64,000 nt of DNA from a bacterium (GTDB lineage Bacteria > UBA8248 > JACPRG01 > G963555815). The stretch's first letter is position 1, and each line of letters begins with the position of its first letter. Position numbers and translations under genes: made by a program. Below the pieces are notes generated by a model that did no database searches, was not told the DNA's origin, and worked only from the letters and a program-made list of their open reading frames with translations. This document shows positions 48,114 through 59,543 of the stretch, piece by piece. The stretch covers positions 4,256,001 to 4,320,000 of the forward strand of contig OZ244653.1 of assembly GCA_965218795.1 (NCBI GenBank), read 5' to 3'.

Positions 48114-48890
48114 TCATCGATAAAAGCCCCGTTCGGAGGATGCCGCAAAATCAGCAAAGTGGAGAACCTCCGGAAACTCGCCGTACGTCTCCTTCATCTT
48201 GTTCACCGCGTCCACGGTCCGCCCCGCTTCGTCGAGGAGGATATTCAGCGCATGCTTCAAGGCGCTTCGATTCTCGGCGGGGATCTGGGCTCGCCTCAGT
48301 CCTTCGACATTCAGGCCCCGGACCCGCGGAGGGTGTCCTTCAACAATCGCGTAAGGAAGGACATCCTTCCGGATCGGGGACAATGTGGCCGTCAGGCACA
48401 TTGTCCCCACACGGACGAACTGATGAATGGGGACTAAAGCGGAAATGAAGGCTCCCGCTTCGACCGTGACGTAACCGCCTAGATGCGCGGCGTTTACGAT
48501 GACGACCTTGTCCTCGATTCGGCAGTCGTGACCCAAGTGGCTGTAGGCCATCAGATAGCAGTTATTCCCGACGGATGTGACGCCCTCCGCCTCTTTGCTT
48601 CGGTTGATGGTCGCATACTCTCGGATGACGGTTCGGTCGCCGATTCGGACAAAGGACCGATGGCCCGTATAGCCCACATCCTGCGGGGCGCCCCCAATGA
48701 CCGCACCGGTCCCAATGGTACACCCTTCTCCCAAGGTGGTCCAGTTCTCGATGACCGCGTGAGGACCAATCTGTGTCCCCCGACCCAGGGAGACCTCCTC
48801 CCCAATGACCGCGTAAGGGCCGATCTCCACCTCCTCTTCGACGGATGCATCCGGGGCGATGACCGCGGTCGGATGGATCACCTCGCTCAA
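48114..48890 (-). CDS. lpxA: Acyl-ACP--UDP-GlcNAc O-acyltransferase
   Basis: Hexapeptide repeats, PQD, AYSHLGHDC, HQF, GLNVEGLRR. Confidence 0.95.
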   Translation of the reverse strand: MSEVIHPTAVIAPDASVEEEVEIGPYAVIGEEVSLGRGTQIGPHAVIENWTTLGEGCTIGTGAVIGGAPQDVGYTGHRSFVRIGDRTVIREYATINRSKEAEGVTSVGNNCYLMAYSHLGHDCRIEDKVVIVNAAHLGGYVTVEAGAFISALVPIHQFVRVGTMCLTATLSPIRKDVLPYAIVEGHPPRVRGLNVEGLRRAQIPAENRSALKHALNILLDEAGRTVDAVNKMKETYGEFPEVLHFADFAASSERGFYR

Positions 48891-49345
48891 TCTTTGTGAT
48901 TTTCCATAGCGGCCTGAAACTCGCCTCCGGCCGCCAGATCGCCGTTCACGTAAGCCTCACCCCGGAACCACCAGATGCGGCGTCGGTTGCGCATAACCTC
49001 CACCTTCATCAAGAGCACGTCTCCGGGAACCACCGGGCGACGAAACCGCACTTTATCGATGCGCGTAAAGAAGGGGACGATTTCGGACTCCTCGGACAAC
49101 GTATCCAGAGCGATCAAACCGCCCGTCTGAATCATGGCCTCAATGATCAAGACCCCGGGCATGACCGGATGGTCTGGGAAGTGTCCCTCGAAAAACGGTT
49201 CATTATGCGTCACGGCCTTGATGCCGACGATCCGCTCTCCAGGCTCATACTCCTCCACCCGGTCCACGAAGAGGAAGGGGTAGCGGTGGGGCAGAAGATC
49301 GATCAGCCCTCTTGATGTTTCGGGATCAATTTTCGGCTTGGTCAT
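48887..49345 (-). CDS. fabZ: 3-hydroxyacyl-ACP dehydratase
   Basis: LPHRYPFLFVD, FEGHFP, PGVLIIEA, FRRPVVPGD. Confidence 0.96.
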   Translation of the reverse strand: MTKPKIDPETSRGLIDLLPHRYPFLFVDRVEEYEPGERIVGIKAVTHNEPFFEGHFPDHPVMPGVLIIEAMIQTGGLIALDTLSEESEIVPFFTRIDKVRFRRPVVPGDVLLMKVEVMRNRRRIWWFRGEAYVNGDLAAGGEFQAAMENHKD

Positions 49346-50405
49346 GGAATTCACCGATCATCTTTCCTTCCAAGTCCGTTAGCCGCTTTTCCAAAGCGTC
49401 CAGGGTTTTCAACGCCTGAGGAACCTTTCTGAGACTGATCTCCAGCCTGATATGTTCCACGACGGGACGCGGGATCCGGGCGGCAGCCCACAGGGATCCC
49501 GGCTGAACGTCACGATTCACGACGGTCAATGCCGTGAGGATGGCCCGGTCCCCAACGTGGACGTGGTCGCCGACACCCGAGCGTGCCGCGACGGTGACCC
49601 CCTCACCGAGCGATGAGCTCCCAGCCATGCCGGCTTGACCGAGCAGCAGGCAGTTTTCTCCGATTTTTGCGTTGTGCGCCACCTGAACAAGGTTGTCGAT
49701 TTTCGTTCCTTGGCCGATTCGTGTCTCTTCGAGCGTTGCTCGATCGATCGCCGAGAGCGCTCCGATTTCTACATCATCTTCGACGACGACGCGGCCCGTG
49801 TGGGGCATCTTCTCGTGACTGCCGTCCTCCCTCCGGGCGTATCCGTAACCATCGCTACCCAGAACGCTTCCGCTGTGGATGATGACTCGGTCGCCGACCT
49901 CCACGTCATGATAGATGGAAACATTCGCGTAGAACACGCATTCGGACCCGACTCGACAGTTCCGTCCGACGTACACTTGGGGGTACAAGACGGTCCGATC
50001 TCCCACCTCAACACCGTCATCCAAGACGACGCCTGCATGAACCGCCACATCCCTCCCCAGGCGGACGTCCCGGCCAATGACCGCACTTGGGTGAATCCCC
50101 GGCTGGGGGTGCTCATTCGTATAGAACAAGCCGAGAAGGGCCGCCAGCGCCAGTCGGGCGTTTGGGACCCGGACGGCCGATTTTCCTTCAAACCCGCGTT
50201 CCAACTCGGAAACGACCGCACCCGCACGAGAGGCTTCAACCTCGGAAAGGCGCCGCTTGTCGGAGAGGGCGATAATCTGATCGGGAACCGCTCTTGAGGG
50301 CTCGGCCACACCCCGGATGATCAGTTCCGGATCCCCGATGAGTGAACCGCCCAATCGATCCGAAATGTCCTCCAGCCGAAGAGCGGGGGGGGAGGCACGA
50401 TTCAT
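49326..50405 (-). CDS. lpxD: UDP-3-O-acylglucosamine N-acyltransferase
   Basis: GSDGYGY, IDRA, KIDNLVQVAHN. Confidence 0.95.
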   Translation of the reverse strand: MNRASPPALRLEDISDRLGGSLIGDPELIIRGVAEPSRAVPDQIIALSDKRRLSEVEASRAGAVVSELERGFEGKSAVRVPNARLALAALLGLFYTNEHPQPGIHPSAVIGRDVRLGRDVAVHAGVVLDDGVEVGDRTVLYPQVYVGRNCRVGSECVFYANVSIYHDVEVGDRVIIHSGSVLGSDGYGYARREDGSHEKMPHTGRVVVEDDVEIGALSAIDRATLEETRIGQGTKIDNLVQVAHNAKIGENCLLLGQAGMAGSSSLGEGVTVAARSGVGDHVHVGDRAILTALTVVNRDVQPGSLWAAARIPRPVVEHIRLEISLRKVPQALKTLDALEKRLTDLEGKMIGEFHDQAEN

Positions 50406-50986
50406 TGTTTGGCCTGATCGTACGCCTTGATGATTCTGTCCGTCAGATCGATTCTCTGGCTGTCGAAATAGAGGAGAAGGTTGTTTCGCTCGATGACCAG
50501 GGTGAATTTGTCGCTCTTGCCAATCCGGACCACGACGTCCCGGATTTCCCGCCGAATCTTCTGCGTGCTCCGGGCGCGTTCCCGGTTGAAATCGTCTTCT
50601 GCCTCCCGCCGAAACCGAACCAGCCCCTCTCGGCCTCGCGTGAACTTCCTTTGCTTCTGAAGGAGTTCATCCTCCTTCTGACGCCGAACGTCTTCGCTGA
50701 ACAGGAGACTCTTCTGCCGAAGCTCGGCCTGCATTTTTCTCAAGTTTTGTTCGGAGCGTTGAAGGGCCTGGGCCCTGGAGTTCAGCTCGTCTTGAAGCCG
50801 CTTGGTGGATTCCTGAAGCTTGGCCAGCGTCTTTTTTCCTTCTTTTGATTCTTGCATGACGCGCTGAATGTCCACGAGGCCGATCTTGTTCTGCGCCGAT
50901 GCGAAGCCCGTCAGGGTTAAGCCCAACCATCCCGTCATCAGAACAAAGACCGCCAGACACCTCAGTGGTGACGCTCGTCCGCTCAT
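50402..50986 (-). CDS. skp: Periplasmic chaperone Skp/OmpH
   Basis: Signal peptide, KIGLVD, coiled coils, DLTDRII; between bamA and lpxD. Confidence 0.9.
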   Translation of the reverse strand: MSGRASPLRCLAVFVLMTGWLGLTLTGFASAQNKIGLVDIQRVMQESKEGKKTLAKLQESTKRLQDELNSRAQALQRSEQNLRKMQAELRQKSLLFSEDVRRQKEDELLQKQRKFTRGREGLVRFRREAEDDFNRERARSTQKIRREIRDVVVRIGKSDKFTLVIERNNLLLYFDSQRIDLTDRIIKAYDQAKQ

Positions 50987-51073
50987 GTGCCTTACCGCCT
51001 CCAAATAGGGGGTTTGTTCACGGGTTCAATGCTGCATGCCGCAAGGAGGAATCCCATCCGGAGCATCCCGGCA

Positions 51074-53368
51074 CTAGAAGGTTCTCCCGATGCCGAAATG
51101 GAATTCACTGCGCGACTCATCGTCCCGTTTGTCGAGTTTCACGCCCCAGTCCAACGAAATGGGACCCAACGGGGAGAGAATCCGAAGCCCCGCGCCCGCG
51201 CTGGAACGCAACTCGCCCAAATCATATAGATTGCGGTCTTCCTTCAGGTAAACCTGGCCGGCATCGAAGAAAATGACCGCCCGCAATCCCGCGATGAACG
51301 GGAAGTGGACCTCGGCATTGAAAAGCAGGGACGCCTCGCCGCCGATCGGGTCTTCGTTGGCGTCTTGAGGCCCGATTTCTCGGAAAGCAAAGCCTCGAAC
51401 GGTCCGCGCCCCACCCATATAAGCCCGCTCGAACACAGGCAACTCCTTTCCGCCATAGCCGTCGGCCCAGGTCATCCGTCCCCGTCCCATCAGGATGACT
51501 CGTTTGTTGAAGAAGGGGTAATAATGCCTGTGTTCCGCCCCGATGGAGTAAAAGTCATTCTCCCCCCCCAGGATCCCGCCGGCGACACGGCTGGTGAGCC
51601 GGCTCAACCCGCCCTTGCTGGGCCGGAGGCGGTCATCCAGATTGTCACGTGTCAGTGTAGGAATAATGCTGCTTGTGGTGGATCGGCCTTTCTGTTTTTT
51701 GACGAAGGAAGTCGCCGTGTCCTTCACCTTAAACACGGTGTTCTCTTCGTACTGATACATCACACGGCCGATCAGTCTCTCGGCCAGGATGCGGCCGGTC
51801 CCGATGTTTCCGCCCTTCCTGTCGCGCTCAAAGGTGTCAAATTCGTCGTTTTGGAAGAAAACAGCGCTGCTCAGAGAAAAGTTGGTATCCAGAAAATAAG
51901 GTTCCAAGAAGCTGATCGTTCCCGTTGTGTCCAGGTTGGACCGTCGGATCTTCAACGAAAGTTCCTGCCCACGCCCAAAGAGGTTGTTCTCGCGGACTTC
52001 GCCGAAGAGAAGGAACCCCGACCGGTTGCTGAAACCGGTGCCGCCGCTGATCACGCCGGTCGGCCTCTCTTTCAGATCGATTTCGACATCCAGCAGGTCG
52101 GGTTTCTCACCTCGTTTGGTTTCTATCTTCACGTCTTCGAAGAAGCCGAGGCGTCGCAGCCGACGCCGCGTCAGCTTGAGTTTCTCGCCGTCGAAGAGAG
52201 AGCCCTCCAACAGCGCAACCTGGCGCCGGATGACCTTGTCTCGGGTGAAATCGTTGCCCTTGATGATGATCCGACCGATGAAGGCGCGGCGCCCCTTCTG
52301 CGGCGTGATCTTCAGATCGACGATCTGCTTGTCATCGTTGATATTGGTTTGCGGAATGATGTCCGCGAAGGCGTGACCCTTTTGCGCGTAAGATTCGGTG
52401 ATTCTGACGATGTCCGAGTTCAGCCGGGACCGGTTGTAGACATCCCCCTTCTTGAGATTGATGTGCTTGCGTAGATCGGCGGCGGTGAATACGTTGTCTC
52501 CTTCCACCTCCACCTTGCCCACACGGTATTGCTTGCCCTCGATAACGGGGATGACGAGGGACAGGGTGTTATCCTCCCGGTTCTCGGTAATTTTCGGCTC
52601 ATTCACTTCGCCCCTGATGTAGCCGTTGTTCTGGTAGAAGATCTGGATCCGTACGAGATCGGTCCGGATTTGATCCTCTTTATAGATGTCTCCCCCCGTG
52701 AGCCAGGAAAATATCCACTTCTGTTGGGTCTGCATGATCTTCCGAAGCGCTTTGTCGGAGAAGGCCTGATTTCCTTCGAAAGAGATTTTTCGAATGCTGA
52801 CTTTCTTCCCTTCGGTAATTCGAAATTCCACATTGACCTGATTGGCGCCCGCCTCCTCCACGATCGAATCCACACGGGCGAAGTAATATCCTTCTTCCTG
52901 ATAAAGGGAGCGGACCGCCTCCACGCTCTCCCGAACCGTTCCCTGGCTCAGGATGGATTGCGCGGTGACAGTGATCTTCTCAAGGATGTCCTCCTGATCG
53001 ACCTTCTTGTTCCCCACGACCCGGACGTTGGAGACCGACGGCTTCTCCTCCACCATGAAGATGACGCGCAGACCCCCCTCAAAGGGGCTCACGTCCACCT
53101 TGACGTCACGAAAGAACCCCAGGTCGTAGATTTTCTTGATGTCTCTGCGGAGCTTGGAAACGGAGAAGCGATCGCCTGCGCGGGTCGCGATATAGAAGCG
53201 GATGGTGCTTTCTTCGACCCGACGGTTGCCGCGGACTTCAATGGACTTGACCGGAAGGGGAGGGGTCTGAGCGGCCGCCCCGTCGGGCCAAAGAAGGAAA
53301 TAAACCATCAGGACCCATCCGATGCTCCACCGGATTGTGGAAACAGGATTGTGAAGACTTGCGTTCAA
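51074..53368 (-). CDS. bamA: Outer membrane protein assembly factor BamA
   Basis: POTRA repeats, VRGF motif, SPLGPI, C-terminal Phe. Confidence 0.97.
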   Translation of the reverse strand: MNASLHNPVSTIRWSIGWVLMVYFLLWPDGAAAQTPPLPVKSIEVRGNRRVEESTIRFYIATRAGDRFSVSKLRRDIKKIYDLGFFRDVKVDVSPFEGGLRVIFMVEEKPSVSNVRVVGNKKVDQEDILEKITVTAQSILSQGTVRESVEAVRSLYQEEGYYFARVDSIVEEAGANQVNVEFRITEGKKVSIRKISFEGNQAFSDKALRKIMQTQQKWIFSWLTGGDIYKEDQIRTDLVRIQIFYQNNGYIRGEVNEPKITENREDNTLSLVIPVIEGKQYRVGKVEVEGDNVFTAADLRKHINLKKGDVYNRSRLNSDIVRITESYAQKGHAFADIIPQTNINDDKQIVDLKITPQKGRRAFIGRIIIKGNDFTRDKVIRRQVALLEGSLFDGEKLKLTRRRLRRLGFFEDVKIETKRGEKPDLLDVEIDLKERPTGVISGGTGFSNRSGFLLFGEVRENNLFGRGQELSLKIRRSNLDTTGTISFLEPYFLDTNFSLSSAVFFQNDEFDTFERDRKGGNIGTGRILAERLIGRVMYQYEENTVFKVKDTATSFVKKQKGRSTTSSIIPTLTRDNLDDRLRPSKGGLSRLTSRVAGGILGGENDFYSIGAEHRHYYPFFNKRVILMGRGRMTWADGYGGKELPVFERAYMGGARTVRGFAFREIGPQDANEDPIGGEASLLFNAEVHFPFIAGLRAVIFFDAGQVYLKEDRNLYDLGELRSSAGAGLRILSPLGPISLDWGVKLDKRDDESRSEFHFGIGRTF

Positions 53369-53551
53369 AAACGATAGGTCCTTACGTTTTCCTGAGTATC
53401 ACGGGTACAATCCGTCAGCCCACGAGAATTTTGATGCTCGACGATGTGCTCCTATCGTCAAACAGAATACGCAAAGAATCCCCCCATCCAGGGTGCATCC
53501 CGGTAGGGGGGGCTTTCCTTCGGCACTGCATATGGGCGTGCGGCGCAACCC

Positions 53552-56002
53552 CTAGGCTTCCTGTAAGCCGCTGACGACCAGTTCTTTCTCTTCGAAGACG
53601 AACGAATCGTTTTCCAGTTTCACCCGAATGTGACCAGCCTCCACGAAACGTCCCTTCAAAACCTCTTCGGACAACGGATCCTCGATGTTGCTTTGAATGG
53701 TCCGCTTGAGTTCCCGCGCACCGAACTTCGGGTCATAGCCGAGAGCGGCCAGCCTTTCCTTCGCCTCGTTCTCCAGCTCGATGGTGAATCCCCGCTCAAT
53801 CAACTGTTTGTTCAGCCGGTCCACCATCAGATCGACGATTTGCAGGATATGATCGCGCGAGAGCGGATGGAAAATGACCTCCGAGTCCAGGCGGTTCAGG
53901 AATTCCGGGTTAAAGGTCCGCCGCGTTTCGGTACGCATGACGCCCTTGAGACGTTCGGTCCTCGCCTCCGAGTCGCCCTCCTCCTCCTTGTGGAAGCCCA
54001 TAGAGGTCGCACGTTCGATGTCCCGACTGCTCAGGTTGGATGTCATCACCAGGACCACGTTTCGGAAGTCCACATGACGGCCGAAACTGTCGGTGAGCTG
54101 CCCCTCGTCCATCACCTGCAGCATGAGATGGAAAACGTCGGGGTGAGCCTTTTCGATCTCATCCAAAAGGACGACGGCGTAAGGTCGCCGGCGGACCCGC
54201 TCGGTCAGCTGACCTCCTTCCTCATACCCTACATATCCGGGAGGCGCTCCCGTCAGGCGGGAGATATTGAATCGCTCCATATATTCGGACATGTCCACGC
54301 GGATCAAGGCCTGATCGTCGCCGAAGAGAAATTCGGCCAAGGCCCGGCAAACCTCCGTTTTCCCCACCCCGGTCGGGCCGAGGAGGAGGAATGAACCAAT
54401 GGGCCGTTTGGGGGATTTCAGACCGGCCCGTGAACGCCGAATGGCCTTGGTGATGACCGAAATGGCCTCGTCCTGGCCGACGATGCGCTTGTGCAGCTCT
54501 TCCTCCATCCGAAGCAACCGCGCGCTTTCGCCTTCTTCGATCTTGGAGAGCGGTATCCCGGTCATCCGAGAGACCACAAAGGCCACATCCTCATCGTCGA
54601 CAACCGTTTCGTCATCCGTCTGCGATTGCTCCCAGGCCTGCTTTTGCTCGTTGAGCTGTTCGCGGATTTCTTCCTCCATGTCGCGGAGCTTGACGGCGTC
54701 TTCAAAGTTTTGCTCTTCAATGTGCGCACGCTTCTCGCGAACCACTTCTTCCACCCGGCGCTGGAGGTCGCGGACATCCCTCGGATAGGTGACCTTCGCG
54801 AGGCGGACCCGGGAGCCTGCTTCGTCGAGAACGTCGATGGCCTTGTCGGGCAGGTAGCGGTCGGAGATATACCGGTCCGACAGCCGGACCGACTCGACGA
54901 TGGCCTTTTCCGTGAACTTGGCCCGATGGTGGTGTTCGTATTTATGCTTGAGGCCCCGAAGGATCAGGATGGTTTCGTCCACGGTCGGCGGGTTCACCGT
55001 GATGGGCTGGAAACGTCGTTCCAGGGCTCCGTTCTTCTCGATGTATTTCCGGTACTCGTCCAGGGTGGTCGCCCCGATGCACTGAAGCTCACCGCGGGAC
55101 AGGGCGGGCTTGAGCATATTCGAGGCGTCGATGGACCCTTCGGCCGCCCCCGCGCCCACGAGGGTATGGAGCTCGTCGATAAAGATGATGACGTTTTCCG
55201 ACTGGGTGATCTCCTTCATGATGGCCTTCAGTCGCGCCTCGAACTGTCCCCGGTACTTCGTTCCGGCGACCAACGCGCCCAGGTCGAGAGAGACAACCCG
55301 CTTGTCATACAGCACTTGGGGAACTTCATGCGCGACGATGCGTTGCGCCAGCCCCTCGACAATCGCCGTCTTCCCCACGCCCGGTTCCCCGATCAGGACC
55401 GGGTTGTTCTTGGTCCGCCGGCTGAGGATCTGGATGACCCGATCGATCTCGCTGTCGCGTCCGATGACGGGATCCAGCTTGTCTTCAAAGGCCAGATCCG
55501 TCAGATCCCGCCCGAACTCATCGAGCGACGGGGTCTTGCTCTTTTCTTTGGGCCGACGGGAGGTCGGCTCGCGCAACAGGTTCAGCGTCTGCTCCCGGGT
55601 TTGCTGGAGCTTGATGCCGAGGTTGGACAGGATCTTGGCGGCCAAGCCGTCCTTCTCCCGGATCAGTCCCAGCAGGAGGTGCTCGGTGCCGATGTAGTTA
55701 TGGCCCATCAACCGCGCCTCTTCCACGGCGTATTCGAGAACCTTCTTGGCTTTCGGAGTGAAGGGAATATCGCCTTCGACCGAACTGGTCAGGCTCTTGG
55801 GCAGATTTCGTTCCACTTCCATGCGGATCTGCTTGTTGTCCTGACCAATCTTTTGAAGCACGGCAATGGCGATGCCGCCCCCATCCTTCAGGATTCCCAG
55901 CAGGATGTGCTCCGTTCCGAGGTATTCATGATGATAGCGTTCGGCTTCCTCTCGGGCGAGAATGATGACTTTTCGAGCGCGTTCAGTAAACCGTTTAAAC
56001 AT
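53552..56002 (-). CDS. clpC: ATP-dependent Clp protease ATPase subunit ClpC
   Basis: [10 protein letters not shown] with two Clp_N repeats, two AAA+ modules ([16 protein letters not shown]), short UVR middle domain ([12 protein letters not shown]), MGF ClpP-docking loop. Confidence 0.93.
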   Translation of the reverse strand: MFKRFTERARKVIILAREEAERYHHEYLGTEHILLGILKDGGGIAIAVLQKIGQDNKQIRMEVERNLPKSLTSSVEGDIPFTPKAKKVLEYAVEEARLMGHNYIGTEHLLLGLIREKDGLAAKILSNLGIKLQQTREQTLNLLREPTSRRPKEKSKTPSLDEFGRDLTDLAFEDKLDPVIGRDSEIDRVIQILSRRTKNNPVLIGEPGVGKTAIVEGLAQRIVAHEVPQVLYDKRVVSLDLGALVAGTKYRGQFEARLKAIMKEITQSENVIIFIDELHTLVGAGAAEGSIDASNMLKPALSRGELQCIGATTLDEYRKYIEKNGALERRFQPITVNPPTVDETILILRGLKHKYEHHHRAKFTEKAIVESVRLSDRYISDRYLPDKAIDVLDEAGSRVRLAKVTYPRDVRDLQRRVEEVVREKRAHIEEQNFEDAVKLRDMEEEIREQLNEQKQAWEQSQTDDETVVDDEDVAFVVSRMTGIPLSKIEEGESARLLRMEEELHKRIVGQDEAISVITKAIRRSRAGLKSPKRPIGSFLLLGPTGVGKTEVCRALAEFLFGDDQALIRVDMSEYMERFNISRLTGAPPGYVGYEEGGQLTERVRRRPYAVVLLDEIEKAHPDVFHLMLQVMDEGQLTDSFGRHVDFRNVVLVMTSNLSSRDIERATSMGFHKEEEGDSEARTERLKGVMRTETRRTFNPEFLNRLDSEVIFHPLSRDHILQIVDLMVDRLNKQLIERGFTIELENEAKERLAALGYDPKFGARELKRTIQSNIEDPLSEEVLKGRFVEAGHIRVKLENDSFVFEEKELVVSGLQEA

Positions 56003-56022
56003 GCGATAAGCCCTCGCTCAGG

Positions 56023-56724
56023 TTACCCTTCCATACGCCCTTCGGAGATGCGCAGCACGCGCCCCAGTCGGCGCGCGAAGCGATCATTATGGGTTGCGAC
56101 CAAAAAACTTGCTCCCAGTTCTTTATTGATCCGGTCAAGAAGCTCATGAATTTCTTCGCCCGTCCGTTCATCCAGGTTTCCGGTGGGTTCATCCGCCAAA
56201 ATGACATCCGGCTGATTCACAAGAGCTCGCGCAACGGCCACCCGCTGCTGTTCACCGCCGGACAATTCGCCCGGCTTGTGATTCAATCTGTCGCCGAGCC
56301 CCACTTTCTGCAACAAGTCAGCCGTTCGGTTGCGGGCCTCCGCCTTCAGAGCTCCCCCGACGAGGGCCGGCATCATCGCGTTTTCAAGGGCCGTGAACTC
56401 GGCGAGCAAGTGATGAAACTGGAAGACAAAACCGACGGTTTGGCTCCGCAGTCTCGCCAAGGACGCCTTATCCAGCGCATAGACATCCCTCTCGCCGTAC
56501 TTTACCCGGCCTCCGGTCGGCCGGTCAAGCCCTCCAAGTACCTGAAGAAGCGTGGTTTTCCCCACGCCCGACGCACCCATGATTCCGACCATCTCACCCG
56601 GGTGGATTTTCAGGTCAATTCCTCGAAGGACCGAGATGGTCTTTTGACCGCTTCGAAAGTCCTTTCGCAGCTCTTCCGCCGACAACACGGGCGGTTCCTC
56701 AGTACCTCGAAGCCCCTCATTCAT
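56023..56724 (-). CDS. lolD: Lipoprotein-releasing ABC transporter ATPase
   Basis: GASGVGKT, FVFQFHHLL, LSGGEQQR, ADEPTGNLD. Confidence 0.92.
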   Translation of the reverse strand: MNEGLRGTEEPPVLSAEELRKDFRSGQKTISVLRGIDLKIHPGEMVGIMGASGVGKTTLLQVLGGLDRPTGGRVKYGERDVYALDKASLARLRSQTVGFVFQFHHLLAEFTALENAMMPALVGGALKAEARNRTADLLQKVGLGDRLNHKPGELSGGEQQRVAVARALVNQPDVILADEPTGNLDERTGEEIHELLDRINKELGASFLVATHNDRFARRLGRVLRISEGRMEG

Positions 56725-57982
56725 ACCGCAGGGTCTCTGCCGGGTCAACCCGCGATGCTTTCCAGGCGGGATACAGGGTTGCCAAAGAACAAAGGGCGAA
56801 TGCGATTCCCACAATCAGGGCCACATCTCCACTTTGCACGTCGACGGGAAGTCGATCGATAAGATAGACGCTGCCCTGGAAAATTTCAAGGTCAAACGAG
56901 CTTTCCAACCACTCCGCAATGTCCGGTAAGGTCAGGGCCAGAGCGATTCCTCCCACCATTCCCAGGATGGTTCCCACCGCACCGACGATCATGCCCTCCA
57001 CCATGAAAATTTTGAGAACGCTGCCGTCTGTGGCCCCCATGGATTTGAGGATCGCAATGTCCCGCGCTTTTTCTTTCACCACCATGACCAGGGTAGCGAT
57101 AATGCTGAACGTGGCGACCAGGGTGATGAGCACCAGGATGATGAACATAACGGCTTTTTCCGTCCGCAACGCGGCAAACAGGCTGGCGTGCATCTGCATC
57201 CAGTCGCGGGTCCAGAACGGAAGACCCAGACGCTTCCGAATCCTGTCCGATACCCTTCTCGCCTCATAAAGCTCGTCGACCCGGACCTCGATGGCCGAAG
57301 CCGTATCCCCCATCTCAAAAAACTTCTGAGCCTGATGAATCGAGATCAAAGCCAGGCCGTTGTCGTAGAGGTAATAGCCGGAATCGAAGATCCCGGCGAC
57401 CCGGAACCTCCGGGCTTTGGGAATCAGCCCTGCAGCCGTCATCCGGCCCATCGGCGAAACCACCAACACCTCGCTTCCGAATTGAAGGGCCAGAGACCGT
57501 GCCAGGTGGCGTCCAAGGATGATGGCGGGCTGGCGCGTCTGATTGGGTCCGGGATAAGTCTTGTTCAGGTCTTGCAGGCTGCCCTGGGTCAAACGCAGCG
57601 AGAGATCCGTCACCTTCGGTTCCAAGGCGGGGTCCACGCCCCTGAGCACGACGCCCGTTACGTTGTCTCCCGAGCGCAACAGTACCTGATTGACCACATA
57701 GGGGGCCGCGGAGGTCACCCCCTTCACCCGGCTCACTTGGGAGGCAACCTTCCGGTAATCGCGGATCGGGCCTTGGAACCTTTGAATCAGGATATGCGCC
57801 TGCCCGCTCAGAATTTTGTCCTGAAGGGAGTGCTGAAATCCTGTCATGACCCCGAGCACGCAAATCAGCGTGGCGACGCCCAGCATGACGCCAAGCGCTG
57901 AAATCCAGGTTCCGACCGAGATCAGGCGGCTCGTCCGCTTCGATCGAAGGTAGCGAAGGCCGACCCAAAGCTCATACCCCAA
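56717..57982 (-). CDS. lolE: Lipoprotein-releasing ABC transporter permease (LolC/E/F family)
   Basis: LRYLR, VMTGF, IAILKSMGA, YPAWKASRVDPAETLRYE; single permease copy. Confidence 0.88.
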   Translation of the reverse strand: MGYELWVGLRYLRSKRTSRLISVGTWISALGVMLGVATLICVLGVMTGFQHSLQDKILSGQAHILIQRFQGPIRDYRKVASQVSRVKGVTSAAPYVVNQVLLRSGDNVTGVVLRGVDPALEPKVTDLSLRLTQGSLQDLNKTYPGPNQTRQPAIILGRHLARSLALQFGSEVLVVSPMGRMTAAGLIPKARRFRVAGIFDSGYYLYDNGLALISIHQAQKFFEMGDTASAIEVRVDELYEARRVSDRIRKRLGLPFWTRDWMQMHASLFAALRTEKAVMFIILVLITLVATFSIIATLVMVVKEKARDIAILKSMGATDGSVLKIFMVEGMIVGAVGTILGMVGGIALALTLPDIAEWLESSFDLEIFQGSVYLIDRLPVDVQSGDVALIVGIAFALCSLATLYPAWKASRVDPAETLRYE

Positions 57983-59543
57983 GGGGATTCTCTCCGGATT
58001 CGGTTCCCTCCGACGCCCCGCTCTCGGATTCCCCGGCCTGCGGGTCTGCCTCCGGTTCTTCGTCGAATATTTCCCGGCGGAGTTGGGGAAAGAGGATCAC
58101 ATCACGGATGGACGGCTGGCGGGTCAGCAGCATAACCAGCCGGTCGATGCCGATCCCGCACCCGGCCGTTGGGGGCATGCCGTATTCCAGGGCGCGAAGG
58201 TAATCGTAATCCATCATCTGGGCCTCTTCGTCTCCCATCTCGCGCTGTCGAACCTGATCCTCGAAAAGCTTCCGCTGGACATCGGGATCATTGAGCTCGG
58301 AGTATGCGTTGCCGATTTCCCGCCCACCGATAAAGAGCTCGAAGCGCTCGGCGATCTCCGGATCGTCCTCGCGCTGCTTGGCCAGCGGAGAAACGTCTCG
58401 AGGATAATCGAAGAGAAAGGTCGGCTGGACCAGTTCCGGCTCCACCGCGAATTCGAGGATCTTGTTGAGGACCTTGCCGTATCCGTGGTGGTGTGAGACG
58501 TCGATGTCCTTCTTGTCCGCCCAGGCGCGAGCCGAGGATTCATCGGCCAGGTCGGTATCCGTCATGCCCGCCCCATGAAGGGCCTCCCGGAGTGTCAGCC
58601 GCCGCCAGGGCGGCGACAGGTCCACCGCATGACCGTCCCACTCCACCTTCCGCGCGCCCAGAATCTCATCCGTCACAGCGACGAGAATCGTCTCCACCAA
58701 GTCCATCATGTCGGAATAGTCGGCGTAGGCCATATAAAATTCGAGCATGGTGAACTCGGGATTGTGCTCGGTTGAGATCCCCTCGTTGCGGAAATTACGG
58801 TTGATCTCGAACACCCGGTCGATTCCGCCCACCACCAGGCGCTTGAGATAGAGTTCCGGCGCCACCCGCAGGTAGAGGGTCATGTCCAGGGCGTTGTGCC
58901 GGGTGACGAAAGGCCGCGCCGTTGCGCCCCCTACGATGGGCTGCATCATGGGCGTTTCCACTTCGACGAAACCTCTTTGGGTGAGCTGCTCGCGAAGGCT
59001 CTGAATGATCAGGGAGCGCCACCGAAAGACCTCGCGGACTTCGGGATTCATCAGCAGGTCGACGTACCGCTGCCGATACCGGGTTTCGACATCCTGGAGA
59101 CCATGCCATTTTTCAGGCAGCGGCCGTAAGGACTTGGTCAGCAGTGATACTTCATCGGCGGCGATGGAAAGCTCGCCGCGGCGGGTCTTGGTGATCGTAC
59201 CGCGAATGCCGACGAAATCCCCGATATCCAGGGATTGCAGGAATTCGTAACCCTCCTCCCCGAGGTGGTTCTTCTCGGCCAAGAGCTGGATCTTCGCCGT
59301 CCCGTCGCGGATATCACAGAAGGTCAGCTTGCCCTGTTTTCGTTTCGCCATCAGCCGGCCGCCCAGCGTGCGGACCCGGGGTTCGGAATCCAGGGCCTCC
59401 CGTTCCAGATCCCCGAAGGTCTCCACCACGTCCCCGATCCGGTCCGTGACGACGAACCGGTTAACGAAGGGATTGATTCCATCCCGGCGGAGTTGTTCGA
59501 GTTTCTGGCGACGCTGCGCCCGAAGCGGATGGGCTTCATCCAT
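57972..59543 (-). CDS. lysS: Lysine--tRNA ligase (class II)
   Basis: LPEKWHGL, RYRQRY, LRVAPELYLKRL, FRNEG, GIGIDRL. Confidence 0.98.
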   Translation of the reverse strand: MDEAHPLRAQRRQKLEQLRRDGINPFVNRFVVTDRIGDVVETFGDLEREALDSEPRVRTLGGRLMAKRKQGKLTFCDIRDGTAKIQLLAEKNHLGEEGYEFLQSLDIGDFVGIRGTITKTRRGELSIAADEVSLLTKSLRPLPEKWHGLQDVETRYRQRYVDLLMNPEVREVFRWRSLIIQSLREQLTQRGFVEVETPMMQPIVGGATARPFVTRHNALDMTLYLRVAPELYLKRLVVGGIDRVFEINRNFRNEGISTEHNPEFTMLEFYMAYADYSDMMDLVETILVAVTDEILGARKVEWDGHAVDLSPPWRRLTLREALHGAGMTDTDLADESSARAWADKKDIDVSHHHGYGKVLNKILEFAVEPELVQPTFLFDYPRDVSPLAKQREDDPEIAERFELFIGGREIGNAYSELNDPDVQRKLFEDQVRQREMGDEEAQMMDYDYLRALEYGMPPTAGCGIGIDRLVMLLTRQPSIRDVILFPQLRREIFDEEPEADPQAGESESGASEGTESGENPLGV

